From Amphiscolops sp. MND2022 (lineage: Eukaryota): a stretch of DNA of 64,000 bases. The notes beneath the pieces are model-generated. The model did not search any database. It was given only the letters and a program-made list of their open reading frames with translations, and was not told the origin of the DNA. The translations under genes and the position numbers were made by a program. The DNA is taken from NCBI GenBank assembly GCA_964187785.1, contig OZ076409.1, forward strand, positions 51,834,001 through 51,898,000, in the 5' to 3' direction. This document shows positions 24,644 through 35,995 of the stretch, piece by piece (the stretch's first letter is position 1; each line of letters starts with the position of its first letter).

Positions 24644-27339
24644 TGATACGTGTTCGACGAAGTGAATTTTCGACGTACTGAACAGTCCCCTTGAAGTTGC
24701 TTTTCATTTTATTTCAGAAGATCAATGTATGAAATAAGTGTTTCAATGACACTGTTTCTATAAATAGAGGTTTCTAAAATCCGTTTCGGATCTTGTTTGC
24801 TAATGCCTCTCCCCACGGAGTTATCGCCCCCTCAAAACATTTCGTAATTTCAGTGTAAAATTGATAGGTAATTCTTGTTCCGGTAAACATTCCGGACCGA
24901 ATTATTTTACCTAATTGTTATGATGGACTTGTTGGATAGCTTCAGAGATGGCAATGATTTGAATTTGAGACTAGACAACACTTCTGACGCTGTTTTGTTG
25001 GTTTTTCGCTGCACTGGGACTGAAAGAATCATCACAACCCGTTGAGATAATTATATTTATACTTCTATGTATCAATTCAAGGTTTCTTTTCATACACGGA
25101 TTGCTTCACTGCTGTTGTGATTGTTTTTTTTGGGGGGAGCTTGGCACACACCCAAATGTGGTATTCCTGCAATTGATTAGGTTTTGAGGTTGAGTTGTGA
25201 TGAAAAACAATGAAACCTGCAACGCTCTGAAGTGTCTGAAGCCCTTAAGGTTGATAGATGGGGTAAATTGTAGGCTATGCAACGGATGGGTTCAATTAAA
25301 ATGCGCCATTTTATTAAAAACGGAGGCCCGGAGCCTGTCCGAATTTAAATGTTGTATATGCTTCATAGTGAACACAATCCCTCAGTGTCACGAGGATAAC
25401 TTTAGACCTGACACCCTTTTTAATTCAGGCGTTGTTCACTGTAAAAGAGTTCCTTAACAATCACGGATCCCTCTAGCTGAAAACGTTGTACCTAAATTTA
25501 ATGATATTTGTGAAACCCCCACAAATATTTTCTTGTGGTGCATATTGCTCTCCTCTCTAAGCTCTTTTTTGGAAAAACCACCCCGAGGAGGTAGATGTCA
25601 GAAGTCATCACTCAATGCAATAATCAACGAGCGTGTTCGGGATGGTGTCATTCAGAAAAGACCGAAACGCGACAGAAAACCGCAGCAGAAAAGCAAGTTA
25701 TATCGACGACTGCATTCCATTTGCACTAAATTAGACGAAGGTAATGTTAAGGCCGGAATCAGAATGGCGGTAGATAACAAAAAGGTTGCCAATTTCCACG
25801 GTCGACAACTACGCAGCCCTCAAGCTTAAGCATCCGCAAAGGGAAACTTGCTCTATTCCGGACCCCACAGATATCGATGGTTTATCAACTTTGGAGATTT
25901 TCGTCCACAAGACTCTCGTGTCCTTCCCCAATGGCTCTAGTGCAGGGTTGGATGGTATTTCACCCAAAAAAATTTGTAGCATTTGACTGCCAAGTCCAAT
26001 GGGCAAACTGGACTGAATTTTCTCAGAGTCTTAACAAAACTTGTGAATGTGATTCTCGAAGGAAAAGTACCTTTCGATCTTCGGCCGTACTTCTTTGGTG
26101 CGAAACTAATTAGGCTGAAAAAGGCTGATGGATGACTTCCTCTATCGCTGAAGGCAAATTTTTTGGTCGGTTATACGCAAAATGCGCCGGAAACCATGCC
26201 TTCGAATCCCGTCAGGGAAATACGGAAGTCGACAAGTAGGTGTAGGCACCAAAAGAGGCGCTGAATTGGCCTCACATGTTTTCCGTTGTTTGATAGAAAG
26301 CCCCAGCCCAAAGAAAACGTAATTTTGAAAATTGACTTTGAAAACGTTTTCAATTCGATTACCTGACAATTCATGCCAGAGAAAACTTTTGAAATACACC
26401 CTGAAGTTCATAAATACTCACATTCGGCGTACAGTCAACCAAGTTTTCTTTTTTTACGGTGATTCAGTAATCAAATCTTGTGAAGAGATTCAGCAAGGAG
26501 ATCCTGAGTCTTCAGTTTTTTTCGGATTCCATTCAGGATCTAATTGACAGTTTGGAGTCGAAAAGAAACATTATGGTACCTTGACGATGGAAAGTTAAGT
26601 GATGATTACGGAACCGTTTGAAAGATCTTGAAAAACTTGTTGAAGCGGAAAAAACATGGGACTCAAAATTAAACCCACGAAATGTGAAATTTTTTCTTTC
26701 CTTTTTTTCCATCACTAAAAAACGCCGATCGACACGTTTAGCATCTTTCCAAAAACTTTGTCCCGGGATGAAAACAACAAAAAATGATGAACTTATCATT
26801 CTTGGTTCACCGCTCGGCCCGAAATCACGAGCAAACTTATTGGAAAAGAAAATCGATGAACTGGAAAGAGGTAATGGAATTGTTGAAAAACTAGATGCGC
26901 ACGATGGTTTTTTCATGTTGAAAATTTGCTTCATTCTGCCAAAGTTGTTGTACTTCCTAAGAACCAGTACACGTTTTAATCACCCACCTCTCATGGAAAA
27001 GTATGACAAAACCGTACGCGACGTGCTTACCAAAGTGTGTAACGTGAACTTCGACAATTTTCTGAGTACTCAGCTGGCTCTGCCCGCTGAAATGGGTGGT
27101 CTTGGGGACTTCCCGCCTTTTTGGCCTCAGCTTTTGGTGCAAGTGGCTTTCGCACGATGATTTTGTTGGAAACATTCGAATATGTTTCATTTACAAAAGC
27201 GCTTGAGGAATGGTTGAGATTACATATGAGAAATACATATAACCTAATGGTTGTATGTACACTTCAGATGAATGCTTATCGTATAGAAACTTCCTGCAGG
27301 GAGTGTTTTCCCCCACGACAATTCTATTCGATAATCCTC

Positions 27340-27906
27340 ATGCGTTATCACCTCTTCAAGACTTCGCCCACTCGTAACCTGATTATTACTGATTCACAAG
27401 GAAGGAGCCTGACGTTCCCTAACTTCAAGATTCTCGTTCTACCAAGTGCCCGAGTTGGAGACGTGAGACCCTTCTTACCTGCGAAAGGTCGGTTTGATCT
27501 GATTGTACTCTTCATCGGAGGCAACGACTTACCAACCGACAACACTCGAACTGTTGCAAGGAACATCTCTGACCTTGCCGTAGCAGCATCAGAAGTTGCA
27601 CTCATAGTCTTCGTTATTGCGGTTCCTCCTCGGCTAGACATTACTGACCAGGCCAAGGCATTGAATCGACTCCTAGAAGACAACAACGATCGCCGTTGGC
27701 TTTACAGAGGCATATCTCGAAGCATCTACAGCGTCGAAAAACACGCTACCCGAGACGACATCCACCTAGAGACTAGGGCTATTAGTGGAATTCGTTCCAT
27801 CTTGAAGAACCGAGTACTTCGGAAAGCCTTCTGCCGCCAGATCGACAAACAAGGTCACCCACGAACATACGAGTGCCCTCGAGGTCATTGCGCCTGCCCG
27901 CGCTAA
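27340..27906 (+). CDS. SGNH/GDSL hydrolase-like protein, 188 aa, open
   Basis: Block I LIITDSQG, block III LFIGGND, AVPPR, block V DDIHL, and a Cys/His-rich tail. The ATG lies 20 nt after the 5' LTR. Confidence 0.8.
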   Translation: MRYHLFKTSPTRNLIITDSQGRSLTFPNFKILVLPSARVGDVRPFLPAKGRFDLIVLFIGGNDLPTDNTRTVARNISDLAVAASEVALIVFVIAVPPRLDITDQAKALNRLLEDNNDRRWLYRGISRSIYSVEKHATRDDIHLETRAISGIRSILKNRVLRKAFCRQIDKQGHPRTYECPRGHCACPR

Positions 27907-27953
27907 GTCACGTAAGCTGGACTTGTCTTCAGGTAAGCGACTTTCCTGTTTAG

Positions 27954-28110
27954 GCTACTACGGTACCTTTGTTTGGCTATTCTGCTACTACGGTACTTCC
28001 TAAAGTTCCTCGTAGCTATCGACCATTCCGCTACTACGGTACTTCCTTAAGTTCCTGGTAGCTATCGGATGAGTCTGCTACTACGGTACTTTCTTAAGTT
28101 CCTCGTAGCA
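27954..28110. repeat. Four-unit tandem repeat in the Gypsy leader
   Basis: GCTACTACGGTAC at 27954, 27984, 28030 and 28077. Confidence 0.9.
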
Positions 28111-29265
28111 ATTGTCTATGCGCTGTATTTCCTCTTCTGACGCCCATGAAGTTCAAACCACCCGACTTGCCATCAAATCTTTCTCCCGAGAAATGGAAAT
28201 GGTGGAAGAAATGTTTCGAAGATGCTGACAAATTTGGCAACAGAGCGCTAAACAGTTCAAAACCAGCGCCACAACGGAATTGTGTGGAAAGCCGTTCAGT
28301 GCCTGCTACACTCCACAAACCGCTCACTAACTGACTCGGAAAATGTATTACCATCAGCGCTCTCGTTGATTCGGACACTTATCAATACCGTCACCAAGGA
28401 GAGCCCCCATGATCACTTCTTCTGTTTCAACCGCAGCGAGCCGCTGATCCGTCTTTCTAGTAGCGCACCTTGGCTCAGAGCAGACGCTCCCGCGTACCTC
28501 CGGAAATTTGTAAGGGCGAAAGACCAAGCTCCAGTTGTGCCTGTACAGATATCCGAAGTCATCTCCCCTCACCTTGCACGAGTCTCCTTTGGCGATGAAC
28601 GAGCTGACACAGTTTCTACAAGTGACCTCTCTCGGCGACCGCCGGATATTGACAATGAAGGAACAACCTCACAACCTGGAGGTTAATACAAAGACAAGGA
28701 GAACGATGTAGACATCAGAACATCGGGTCCTGACATCAGAATCGAAGGTGAACCACCTAAATCTGTGGAACCAATAAAGGAATCTCAATTCAACCCGGAC
28801 TCTTGTGCTCCCACCTTGCGACGCACGGCTAGGAACAGGAAACCACCTACATACCTGGGCGACTTTGTTTCGGCTATGAACTAGAGACTTTCGAAGCGAG
28901 AAGGAGTGTTATGAATGTAATATACATATGTACTTATTAATACTGTTATATAATGTCGTTGTGTTATTTATGTTAACATAATTGTTGTATGTATACTTCA
29001 GATGAAAGCTTATTGAATAGAAACTTTCTGCAAGTAGTGTTTTCCCCCACGACAGGAGCCAACATCTGCGTTGCGCATACTTGCCACTGTGGTAAAAGAG
29101 TTGAACGGGACGGTTTACACAGTCTTTCTTGCACCAAGTGCCAAGTGTTCTGGTCGCTTTTCACGTCTTGCTACTCTCAATTCTCTCATAAAGCAGACGT
29201 TGGGATCTCTCGGCTTGCCTTCAATGCTCGAACTGCGTGGACTGTACCGAACTGATGCAAACGCC

Positions 29266-29776
29266 AGGTGGCTGTGAATAGATCGAATGTTTTTGGTCGA
29301 AAGGACAGAGGTCGAACCTTTTGATCGAATGGAATGCGGTCGAATTTGATCGAAAAGTCTTTGTCTCTGAAACGTCCTTTCAAAAGCTAAAAAGTTTCGT
29401 TGTGGAAGCGAAAATATTATAATATGGGCAAAAGCTGTGTATGGACGCTCGCCCTCAATGTCGCAAAGACCAGCTCCCACTACGATCGCTTCGCGATCGC
29501 CGTTCCCGCTAGGGTCTTTGCTCCTATTCGACCTCGCTTAGCAAGATGGGAACATAAGCGGCCCCAAGGGGCCGCGTGGCACTAGAGGACTTGGGGACAT
29601 ATCCGAGACACGTTTCATACTTCTCTAGAAATATCTATCTGCGGCAATTCGATTTATTTCCCCAAAATCAAAATTTCGATCCGAGTTGTTTCGATCTCAT
29701 TCAAACTTTTGGTATGTCGACCCGAGGACTAACTCTGATTTTCAATTCCGTTCATTCGACCTTATTCCGCCCACCC
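29266..29776. mobile_element. Mutator-like MITE with 9-bp TSD
   Basis: GCAAACGCC is duplicated at 29257-29265 and 29777-29785. Termini are (A/G)GGTGG...CCACCC. It splits the KRP codons of the CRE endonuclease. Confidence 0.8.
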
Positions 29777-30372
29777 GCAAACGCCCAGAGGGTGTTACCA
29801 TGACTCCTTGGGAAATGGGTAAACAGCTGGTGTGGGATGTCACGGTTGTGGATGCTCTTGCACCGAGGCAGGGACGTTTCGTCACCAGCCATTTGGGCGA
29901 CAAAAATTTCAGCCCATTTCGACGACAATATTGTCGCCCAAATGTCTCGTAGACTAAATGGCCACATATGTTCACATACCCCTAGTGCCCTAAATGCAGG
30001 AGCGAAGCGGAGCGACGTGCCATTTGGCCATGCCTCAATGTTGCTACTTGGTGAAGGGAGCGAAGCGACCGAGCCATACAACAAATATGCTAACCTCTTC
30101 AAATCAAGTTCCATACAATCAAGTTTGAAGAAATTTGTTACATGTAGCCCAATTTTTTTAACCTTTATATCATAGCAGCTTTAAATTTTTTTTCTACTGG
30201 TTGACTGGGATAGTGGCTGGTATGAGTAGTTTGTTGTTTTTTTTTGTTACTGGGATAGTGGCTGGTATGGGTTCCCTACTTTCGTTGCAGACCACGGGTG
30301 TGTGTCTTCTCCCCTCAACAACACTTATAGCCTAATTGTTGTGATAAACTTATTAAATAGTTTCCGGTTGTG

Positions 30373-31185
30373 ATGCCTCCAAAAAGACAGACGAAGCAGA
30401 CAAACAGCAAAAGTGCAACTACTGACCTCCTACCCTGTGCAAAAGAAACGTGTGGAAAATGTGATGTGGAGGTAGTTGACGGGGATTCAGCCCTGGCCTG
30501 TGAACAATGCCTCAGGTACTTCCACGGGGTCTGCTTGGGCGTAAACAATGCTGTGGTGACGGCAATGGGGAATCTCCCTGGGTGCTACTGGTTCTGTGAA
30601 GAGTGTGATGGACCTCAGCGGGCTCGTGTGGATCTGCCAAAGGAAACTGAAAAGCTAAGTAAAATGGTTTCTCATTTGAATACATTAGTAGCAAAGATTC
30701 CTCCTCTTGAGATACCAAAAACTCCTGATTCATCGACTGCTAAAATAATGAATGTAATGACTGAAGATTATAAATGTCAAGTACGTATCTCTGGCATTGA
30801 AGAAACTCCTGAAAACACTGCATCAAAACAGATGATTAAAGATCAAGTTCAAATTGAAGAAGTCCTTGAGAAAATTGACTGTTCCTTCCCGATCAAAGGT
30901 GTAAGACGAATGGGCCGCTATTACCCAGGACGCAAACGGAAAGTTTTAATAACATTCCAATCACCATGGGAAGCACGGCTGGTCATTGCCAAAGCGATTG
31001 AAAATAACCTCTTCCAGGAACACAAAGTACTGATTACTCCTGGGCTTTCCAAAGAAGACGCATTGCGCGAGAAAACGCTCCTGCAAAAGAGATATGATAT
31101 GATACAGAATGGCACTGATTCAAAAACTTTGAAAATTAGAAAACTTAAACTCTACCAAAATGGCAAGGAGGTTCAAATTGAATGA
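30373..31185 (+). CDS. LINE ORF1 (PHD finger + RRM-like region), 270 aa
   Basis: CGKC..ACEQCLRYFHGVC..WFCEEC PHD; VRISGIEE, RMGRY..RKVLITF and a KIRKLKLY end typical of CR1 ORF1. Confidence 0.9.
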   Translation: MPPKRQTKQTNSKSATTDLLPCAKETCGKCDVEVVDGDSALACEQCLRYFHGVCLGVNNAVVTAMGNLPGCYWFCEECDGPQRARVDLPKETEKLSKMVSHLNTLVAKIPPLEIPKTPDSSTAKIMNVMTEDYKCQVRISGIEETPENTASKQMIKDQVQIEEVLEKIDCSFPIKGVRRMGRYYPGRKRKVLITFQSPWEARLVIAKAIENNLFQEHKVLITPGLSKEDALREKTLLQKRYDMIQNGTDSKTLKIRKLKLYQNGKEVQIE

Positions 31186-34005
31186 CTCACAAAGTTGGAA
31201 GAAAAAGTTTCTAAAATTCTCTACTTGAATGTGCAAGGTCTCTTATCGTTCCAAAAATGTATTGATTTACAAAAGCTTTATCTGACTGGTTCATATGATT
31301 TGATGCTGTTATGCGAAACCTGGTTTGACGAAAATGTTGAATCGATTATATTTCCTAATGACATCCCAACAGTCCTGAATCGAGCGGATCGGAAGGATGG
31401 TTCACATGGTGGTGTGGTGATATGTTCGAATACTTTGGATACATCTCCGGTCAAAACAAATTTCGACTTCGGTTGCGCTGTTATTTTCCAGAACTGCTTG
31501 GTGATAGTTATTTATAATCCTCCCCTGACCAGCAAATACCGGATAATGGATAAACATCTCCTCAATTTTATTAAATCGGTTATTTGCAAAGCTTTTTGGT
31601 CGGTCGAGAAAAATATCTTAGTGTTAGGCGATTTCAATATCCCTTCGATTAATTGGGCACTCTTTCCCGCTCAAATTCCCGAGGAGTACTCCGAAGTTTT
31701 CAATTTCTTCATTCACAATGGCTTTGATCAATTAATTCATCAAACGACCCATGACGGAGGCAATATTCTAGACCTTTGTTTTGCAAACTTTGACATTCAA
31801 TCAATCTCTGTGTCGGGAAAAAATTTCCAGTCTGACCACTTCGGAATAACTATTATTTTAGAAACTTTTCATCTTAAAAAGTGGGAAATGCCTCAATCCA
31901 ACTCAACCTTCTCCCTTACTCCAGATGCGGTGGAAAACATAAAGCTTGACCTATCTGACAATATATTTTCAATGGTACAGCCAAATTCCGAATCTACTTA
32001 TAGCCAGAATTGGTTCGATAATTTCGACGAAATTCTGAAGAAACACATGAGAAAGAAACGTCAAAAGCGTTTGAATCTACCGTTCTATTACACTTCGCAT
32101 TCGATTCACCTTTATAATCAATTGAAAACCCTTGCGTCTTCAACGAAAAATTACAACATATCAAAATTTATGTCAGTGAAAAAAGACCTCTTGGAGTCTA
32201 TTGAGTTGGATATCCATTGTTTTGTTAACCATTTTGTTAGTAACAACACGAGAATGCATGACTGTTATAATCTAGTCAGATCTTTCAAAAATTCTTCGTC
32301 CTATCCCTCAAAAATGACATGGGAGAAAAAGAATTTCTCTGGTAAACCTGATATTGCCAATGCTTTCAACGACTTTTTCTTTTGCCAATATCAAGAATGT
32401 TCAACTATCAAAAATTTCAACAACTTCGATGAATTAGAATTGAATGATGTTGAAATCACTCTAGATGAAGTGTACTCAGTTCTAAACTGTTGCACGAATG
32501 GAACTGGACCGGATGGTCTTTCTGGGTTTCTACTGCGACAGATTTCCAACGAATTTAGCATTCATTTTCTTAAATTGGCAGAACACATTCTCAGTACATC
32601 AATTTTCCCTGCAAACTGGAAAACAACTTTCATTAGACCAATGCACAAAAAGAAATGTAAAACGGTAATCGAAAATTACAGACCTGTAGCATCTTTATCC
32701 CGTCTTTCAATTTGTTTTGAACGGCTCCTTTTTAAAAAACTTTATCCCCACTGCTCAAAAAAGATATCCCATTTACAGCATGGGTTCATGAAAAGCAAAT
32801 CGATACAATCCCAATTGTTAATTCACTTAGATTACATATACAACAACCTCGACAGAGGAGATGAAGTTTTCACAGTTTATCTTGATTTCAGCAAAGCGTT
32901 TGATCGTGTTGATCATGAGATTTTATTGAAAAAGGTTGCCAGTTTTGGGATTGGTGGCAATATACTCAAACTCTTGAAAAGTTATCTCGAAGATCGTGAA
33001 CAACGAGTTAAAATTGACGACTGTCTCTCAACTGCCCTTCCAATCAAAAGTGGTGTCCCCCAGGGCTCGGTTATTGGACCTTTATTATTTTTAATCTTCA
33101 TTAATGATTTGCCTGGTGTTTGTGTCGACTCAATAATGTTACTCTTTGCAGACGATTCGAAAATCTCAAATGCTGATCCCATTGAACTCCAGAATGATCT
33201 TATAAGGATTTATAACTGGGCGAAAGCAAATAAAATGGAATTCAATAACACGAAAACTGAACTACTATGGTTTACTCTTCATCGCTATAAAATTTCTGAT
33301 AGACGTGTATTGGTCTTTGATTCTAAAGATATTGAGTTTTCTACGGTCCCTATTAAAGATTTGGGTATCAATTTTACGTCTGATTTGAAATGGTCAGCCC
33401 ACATCGATGTTCGTATTAGAAAAGCTTTTTCACGATTCATGATGTTAAAGCGGTCCTTACCGACTACCTTACCGGCTAATGTAAAATCACAAGTTTACAA
33501 ACTTTATATCCTACCAATAATCACCTATGGATCAGTCCTATGGTTTCCCAACAAGACTGATTTATCGAAATTAGAAGTCTTTCAAAATAAAGTTATTCGT
33601 TGGTTTGGACTTATAGATGATTATAAGGATCGGTTATTAGCCCTAAATTTGCTTCCCTTTTCTCTGCTGTTTCAGTTGAACGACCTCCTATTCCTACATC
33701 AATGTATTGTGAACGATTCTCCGATATGTTCAGGACTGCTCTACAAAGAATCTCTCCGCCATTATGACACCCGATTTTCATCACGAAAACTTCTCTTTAA
33801 AAAGAAAACAAGACTGAAGTCCACTGACAGCTTTTTCATAAACAGAGTTGTTAATCTAGCTAATTTCGTATCATCGAAATTCGAGATTGACTTCTTTGAC
33901 ACGACCTCATTTAAGCCTAAACTGAAAAATATTTTCCGAAACTACCTTAAATATGGCTATGATAAATCGGATTGTAGAAGGTTTTTGAAGTGCTATTGCT
34001 GTTGA
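31186..34005 (+). CDS. LINE ORF2 (APE endonuclease + reverse transcriptase), no ATG at its 5' end
   Basis: YLNVQGL, CETW, GDFN, LDL, SDH (APE); NYRPVA, DFSKAFD, GVPQGS, FADD, KDLG (RT); CYCC end. Confidence 0.95.
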   Translation, partial: LTKLEEKVSKILYLNVQGLLSFQKCIDLQKLYLTGSYDLMLLCETWFDENVESIIFPNDIPTVLNRADRKDGSHGGVVICSNTLDTSPVKTNFDFGCAVIFQNCLVIVIYNPPLTSKYRIMDKHLLNFIKSVICKAFWSVEKNILVLGDFNIPSINWALFPAQIPEEYSEVFNFFIHNGFDQLIHQTTHDGGNILDLCFANFDIQSISVSGKNFQSDHFGITIILETFHLKKWEMPQSNSTFSLTPDAVENIKLDLSDNIFSMVQPNSESTYSQNWFDNFDEILKKHMRKKRQKRLNLPFYYTSHSIHLYNQLKTLASSTKNYNISKFMSVKKDLLESIELDIHCFVNHFVSNNTRMHDCYNLVRSFKNSSSYPSKMTWEKKNFSGKPDIANAFNDFFFCQYQECSTIKNFNNFDELELNDVEITLDEVYSVLNCCTNGTGPDGLSGFLLRQISNEFSIHFLKLAEHILSTSIFPANWKTTFIRPMHKKKCKTVIENYRPVASLSRLSICFERLLFKKLYPHCSKKISHLQHGFMKSKSIQSQLLIHLDYIYNNLDRGDEVFTVYLDFSKAFDRVDHEILLKKVASFGIGGNILKLLKSYLEDREQRVKIDDCLSTALPIKSGVPQGSVIGPLLFLIFINDLPGVCVDSIMLLFADDSKISNADPIELQNDLIRIYNWAKANKMEFNNTKTELLWFTLHRYKISDRRVLVFDSKDIEFSTVPIKDLGINFTSDLKWSAHIDVRIRKAFSRFMMLKRSLPTTLPANVKSQVYKLYILPIITYGSVLWFPNKTDLSKLEVFQNKVIRWFGLIDDYKDRLLALNLLPFSLLFQLNDLLFLHQCIVNDSPICSGLLYKESLRHYDTRFSSRKLLFKKKTRLKSTDSFFINRVVNLANFVSSKFEIDFFDTTSFKPKLKNIFRNYLKYGYDKSDCRRFLKCYCC

Positions 34006-34741
34006 TTTTTGTTTCTTATATTTTCAATCATAAATAATCAGGCTGTTTAATATCTACAGAAAAGTAGAATTTAAGTCTTTTACTACACTACATAATGATA
34101 CACATGGCACTTGATTGATGACGAAGATCATGATATCTGATAGAGGAAAAAAAGAGTTCAAATAATAGACTAAGGCGCCTCCATATATTATAGCCCGGCC
34201 GTGAATACCTTCATGAATTTAATGTTCCAATTGGCCTTTGTCAGCTATAGTCTGATTACAAGAATGTCAGATAATTACATCATGTTCACCCCCATGTTGT
34301 TCTACATGTTGTAAAAACAGTTTGGTGGATGAATGCATCAGTGTTAAATGTAATAACTCTCAAGGGTTATTTCATTTTTTAATTTAAAAATACATGAATT
34401 ATAAGCGACCCCGACTGAGTAATTTTTGATCCTTCCGATATCTCCTGATTTTCTTTTCAGATTCTATTGAATACGGCTATTCTTCCGTGGAGAGATACAT
34501 TTTCAGCTCAAAAGATCAATTATGTAGTCAACGAATAGTTTTTATGCTCTACATTTGATCTTGTTCATGTTGAATTAGTCAACAGTTGAATGAAGTTCTA
34601 AAATGTCTTCGGATGAAATTCTTAGTGATTTGATTGGTCAAGCCATGAAATGATTTTACACTATCTGACTGTGATTCTCGGCTTTCATTGAGTTCTTATT
34701 TGTCGTTGATTGCTGCTGAATTCTTCAACAGACGTACCATC

Positions 34742-34811
34742 ATGAATTGTTTGAATGGAATTTTGTGGTTTACTTTCGTCTCTGCCGCTGTTGCAGCCTC
34801 TTGTACTGCAA
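34742..34811 (+). CDS. SOD3: Extracellular Cu/Zn SOD exon 1 (signal peptide)
   Basis: MNCLNGILWFTFVSAAVAASCTA followed by a GTTAGT donor (phase 1), compatible with exon 2. Confidence 0.65.
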
Positions 34812-35903
34812 GTTAGTTTTAATGCTAATCGTTTCATCATTTACATGGGACTCGGGAATGACAGAAATACACGGGGATTTTTTGTTAATTACACCGCTTG
34901 TTTTCATAGAAAATCCGAATTTCACGGTAGCTTTGAGAAAACACGGGATTTCTCATTGATTGAAATCTATTCTGGAAAATCAATGAAATATCTTCCGAAT
35001 TGCTTTTGATGTCGATCACGACTTTTTACGGGGCCAGTTTATCATACAATGTCACTCTTTAGACGCAATGAATTTCCGCCATCCATGATTGAAATATCTA
35101 ACATATTGGTACTACTTTCAGCTTTTTATTGGAACTACAAGAGGCTGTAAGTAATATACAGTCGAACTCGGATAAAAGAATCATTCGGATATAAGAAACG
35201 TTTCCACTTTGGCTTAAGTTGCTAATATTTTCAGTTTAATGTTTGGTTGTCCCTAATGCTGCTCAATTACAGAACTAAAATGCTCATTGAATGTTTTTAG
35301 CCATTTAAGAATATTTGCCCCAGCTCCTAGACTCTGACCAATCTCAAAGAATTAGTCTAACGTAGTATAACTTGAAGTTCATTTTCTACCAACACATTCA
35401 ATGGACATTCATCAGGTTTACAAATTTAGGTGTCCCTCAGACCCAGTTTTGCGATTTTCTTTCTAATATTGATAGAAACTATTCGATCTACTATAGACAA
35501 TGTTTTTAACGCAAAGTTCGAAAAAAAACCACTGATATATGGGTTTTCTCAGAATTGAATATTACCCGGTCCCCCTATCCTAGTACATAAAAACACCGAA
35601 CTTTGTTTTGCTCAGTTAGTCACCAATGAAGTCAGTATTTGTTCAGTAGACTTTTATTCGAGTCTAATTCATTTTTTTTGGAATCAACAGGTCTGATTCA
35701 TTCATTACAGTACTGTTGTTGTGTATCGAACATTATAGCTATTTTGTCTCTGTAAAGTAATTTTGCATCGAAATGGTTTTTTTGTCAATTCCAATCCTTG
35801 TGCTGTTCAGTTCCGGATAGCCCAGGTAATCTATCGATCAAACTTTCAATTTGAATTAACGGTAAAGAAATACTTTATGATACAAGAGGCTATTCTATTT
35901 CAG

Positions 35904-35995
35904 GGAATCAAGAATCAACCGATTCGTCTTTCACGAATTATGCTACTTGTTCCATTCAAGGTCACATCCACGGGACCGTGTTCATGAGAGAGGGC
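35904..35995 (+). CDS. SOD3: Cu/Zn SOD exon 2
   Basis: TATTTCAG acceptor; NQESTDSSFTNYATCSIQGHIHGTVFMREG matches SOD strands 1-2 (AxCxL..V.G.V.F.Q); GTTAGT donor, phase 0. Confidence 0.8.

Larger units (their letters stand above)
27221..29054 (+). mobile_element. Internally deleted Gypsy-like LTR element carrying an SGNH ORF
   Basis: 3' LTR 28907-29054 (TG...CA) follows a purine tract AAGCGAGAAGGAG. The truncated 5' LTR ends at 27320 with the same GTGTTTTCCCCCACGACA. The gag start MKFKPP..WKWWKKCFED (28146) is fused to an integrase C-terminus (LPSALSLIRTLINTVTKESPH..DTVSTSDL). Confidence 0.8.
25150..29868 (+). mobile_element. Decayed CRE-like RLE retrotransposon with N-terminal PHD, interrupted by a Gypsy element and a MITE
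   Basis: PHD-like Cys pattern at 25197-25370. RT motifs GSSAGLDG, RPYFFGAKLI, QVGVG..GAE, KIDFEN, QQGDP, LALPAEMGGLG. Resumes after 29054 with CHCG..DGLHSLSC and after 29776 with KRPEG..WDVTVVD (RLE). Confidence 0.85.
30200..34040 (+). mobile_element. Apparently intact full-length CR1-group LINE
   Basis: Two uninterrupted ORFs, a 21-nt direct repeat in the 5' UTR (30204-30224 and 30249-30269) and a very short 3' UTR. Ends approximate. Confidence 0.9.

Noticed and set aside
27121..27339. N-terminal 73 aa of the 261-aa ORF in the track
   Set aside because: Chance read-through of CRE and LTR sequence from a TTG; the real ORF likely starts at ATG 27340.
27954..28110. CRISPR-like array
   Set aside because: The inter-repeat segments are similar to each other rather than unique spacers, there are no cas genes, and the context is a eukaryotic retroelement.
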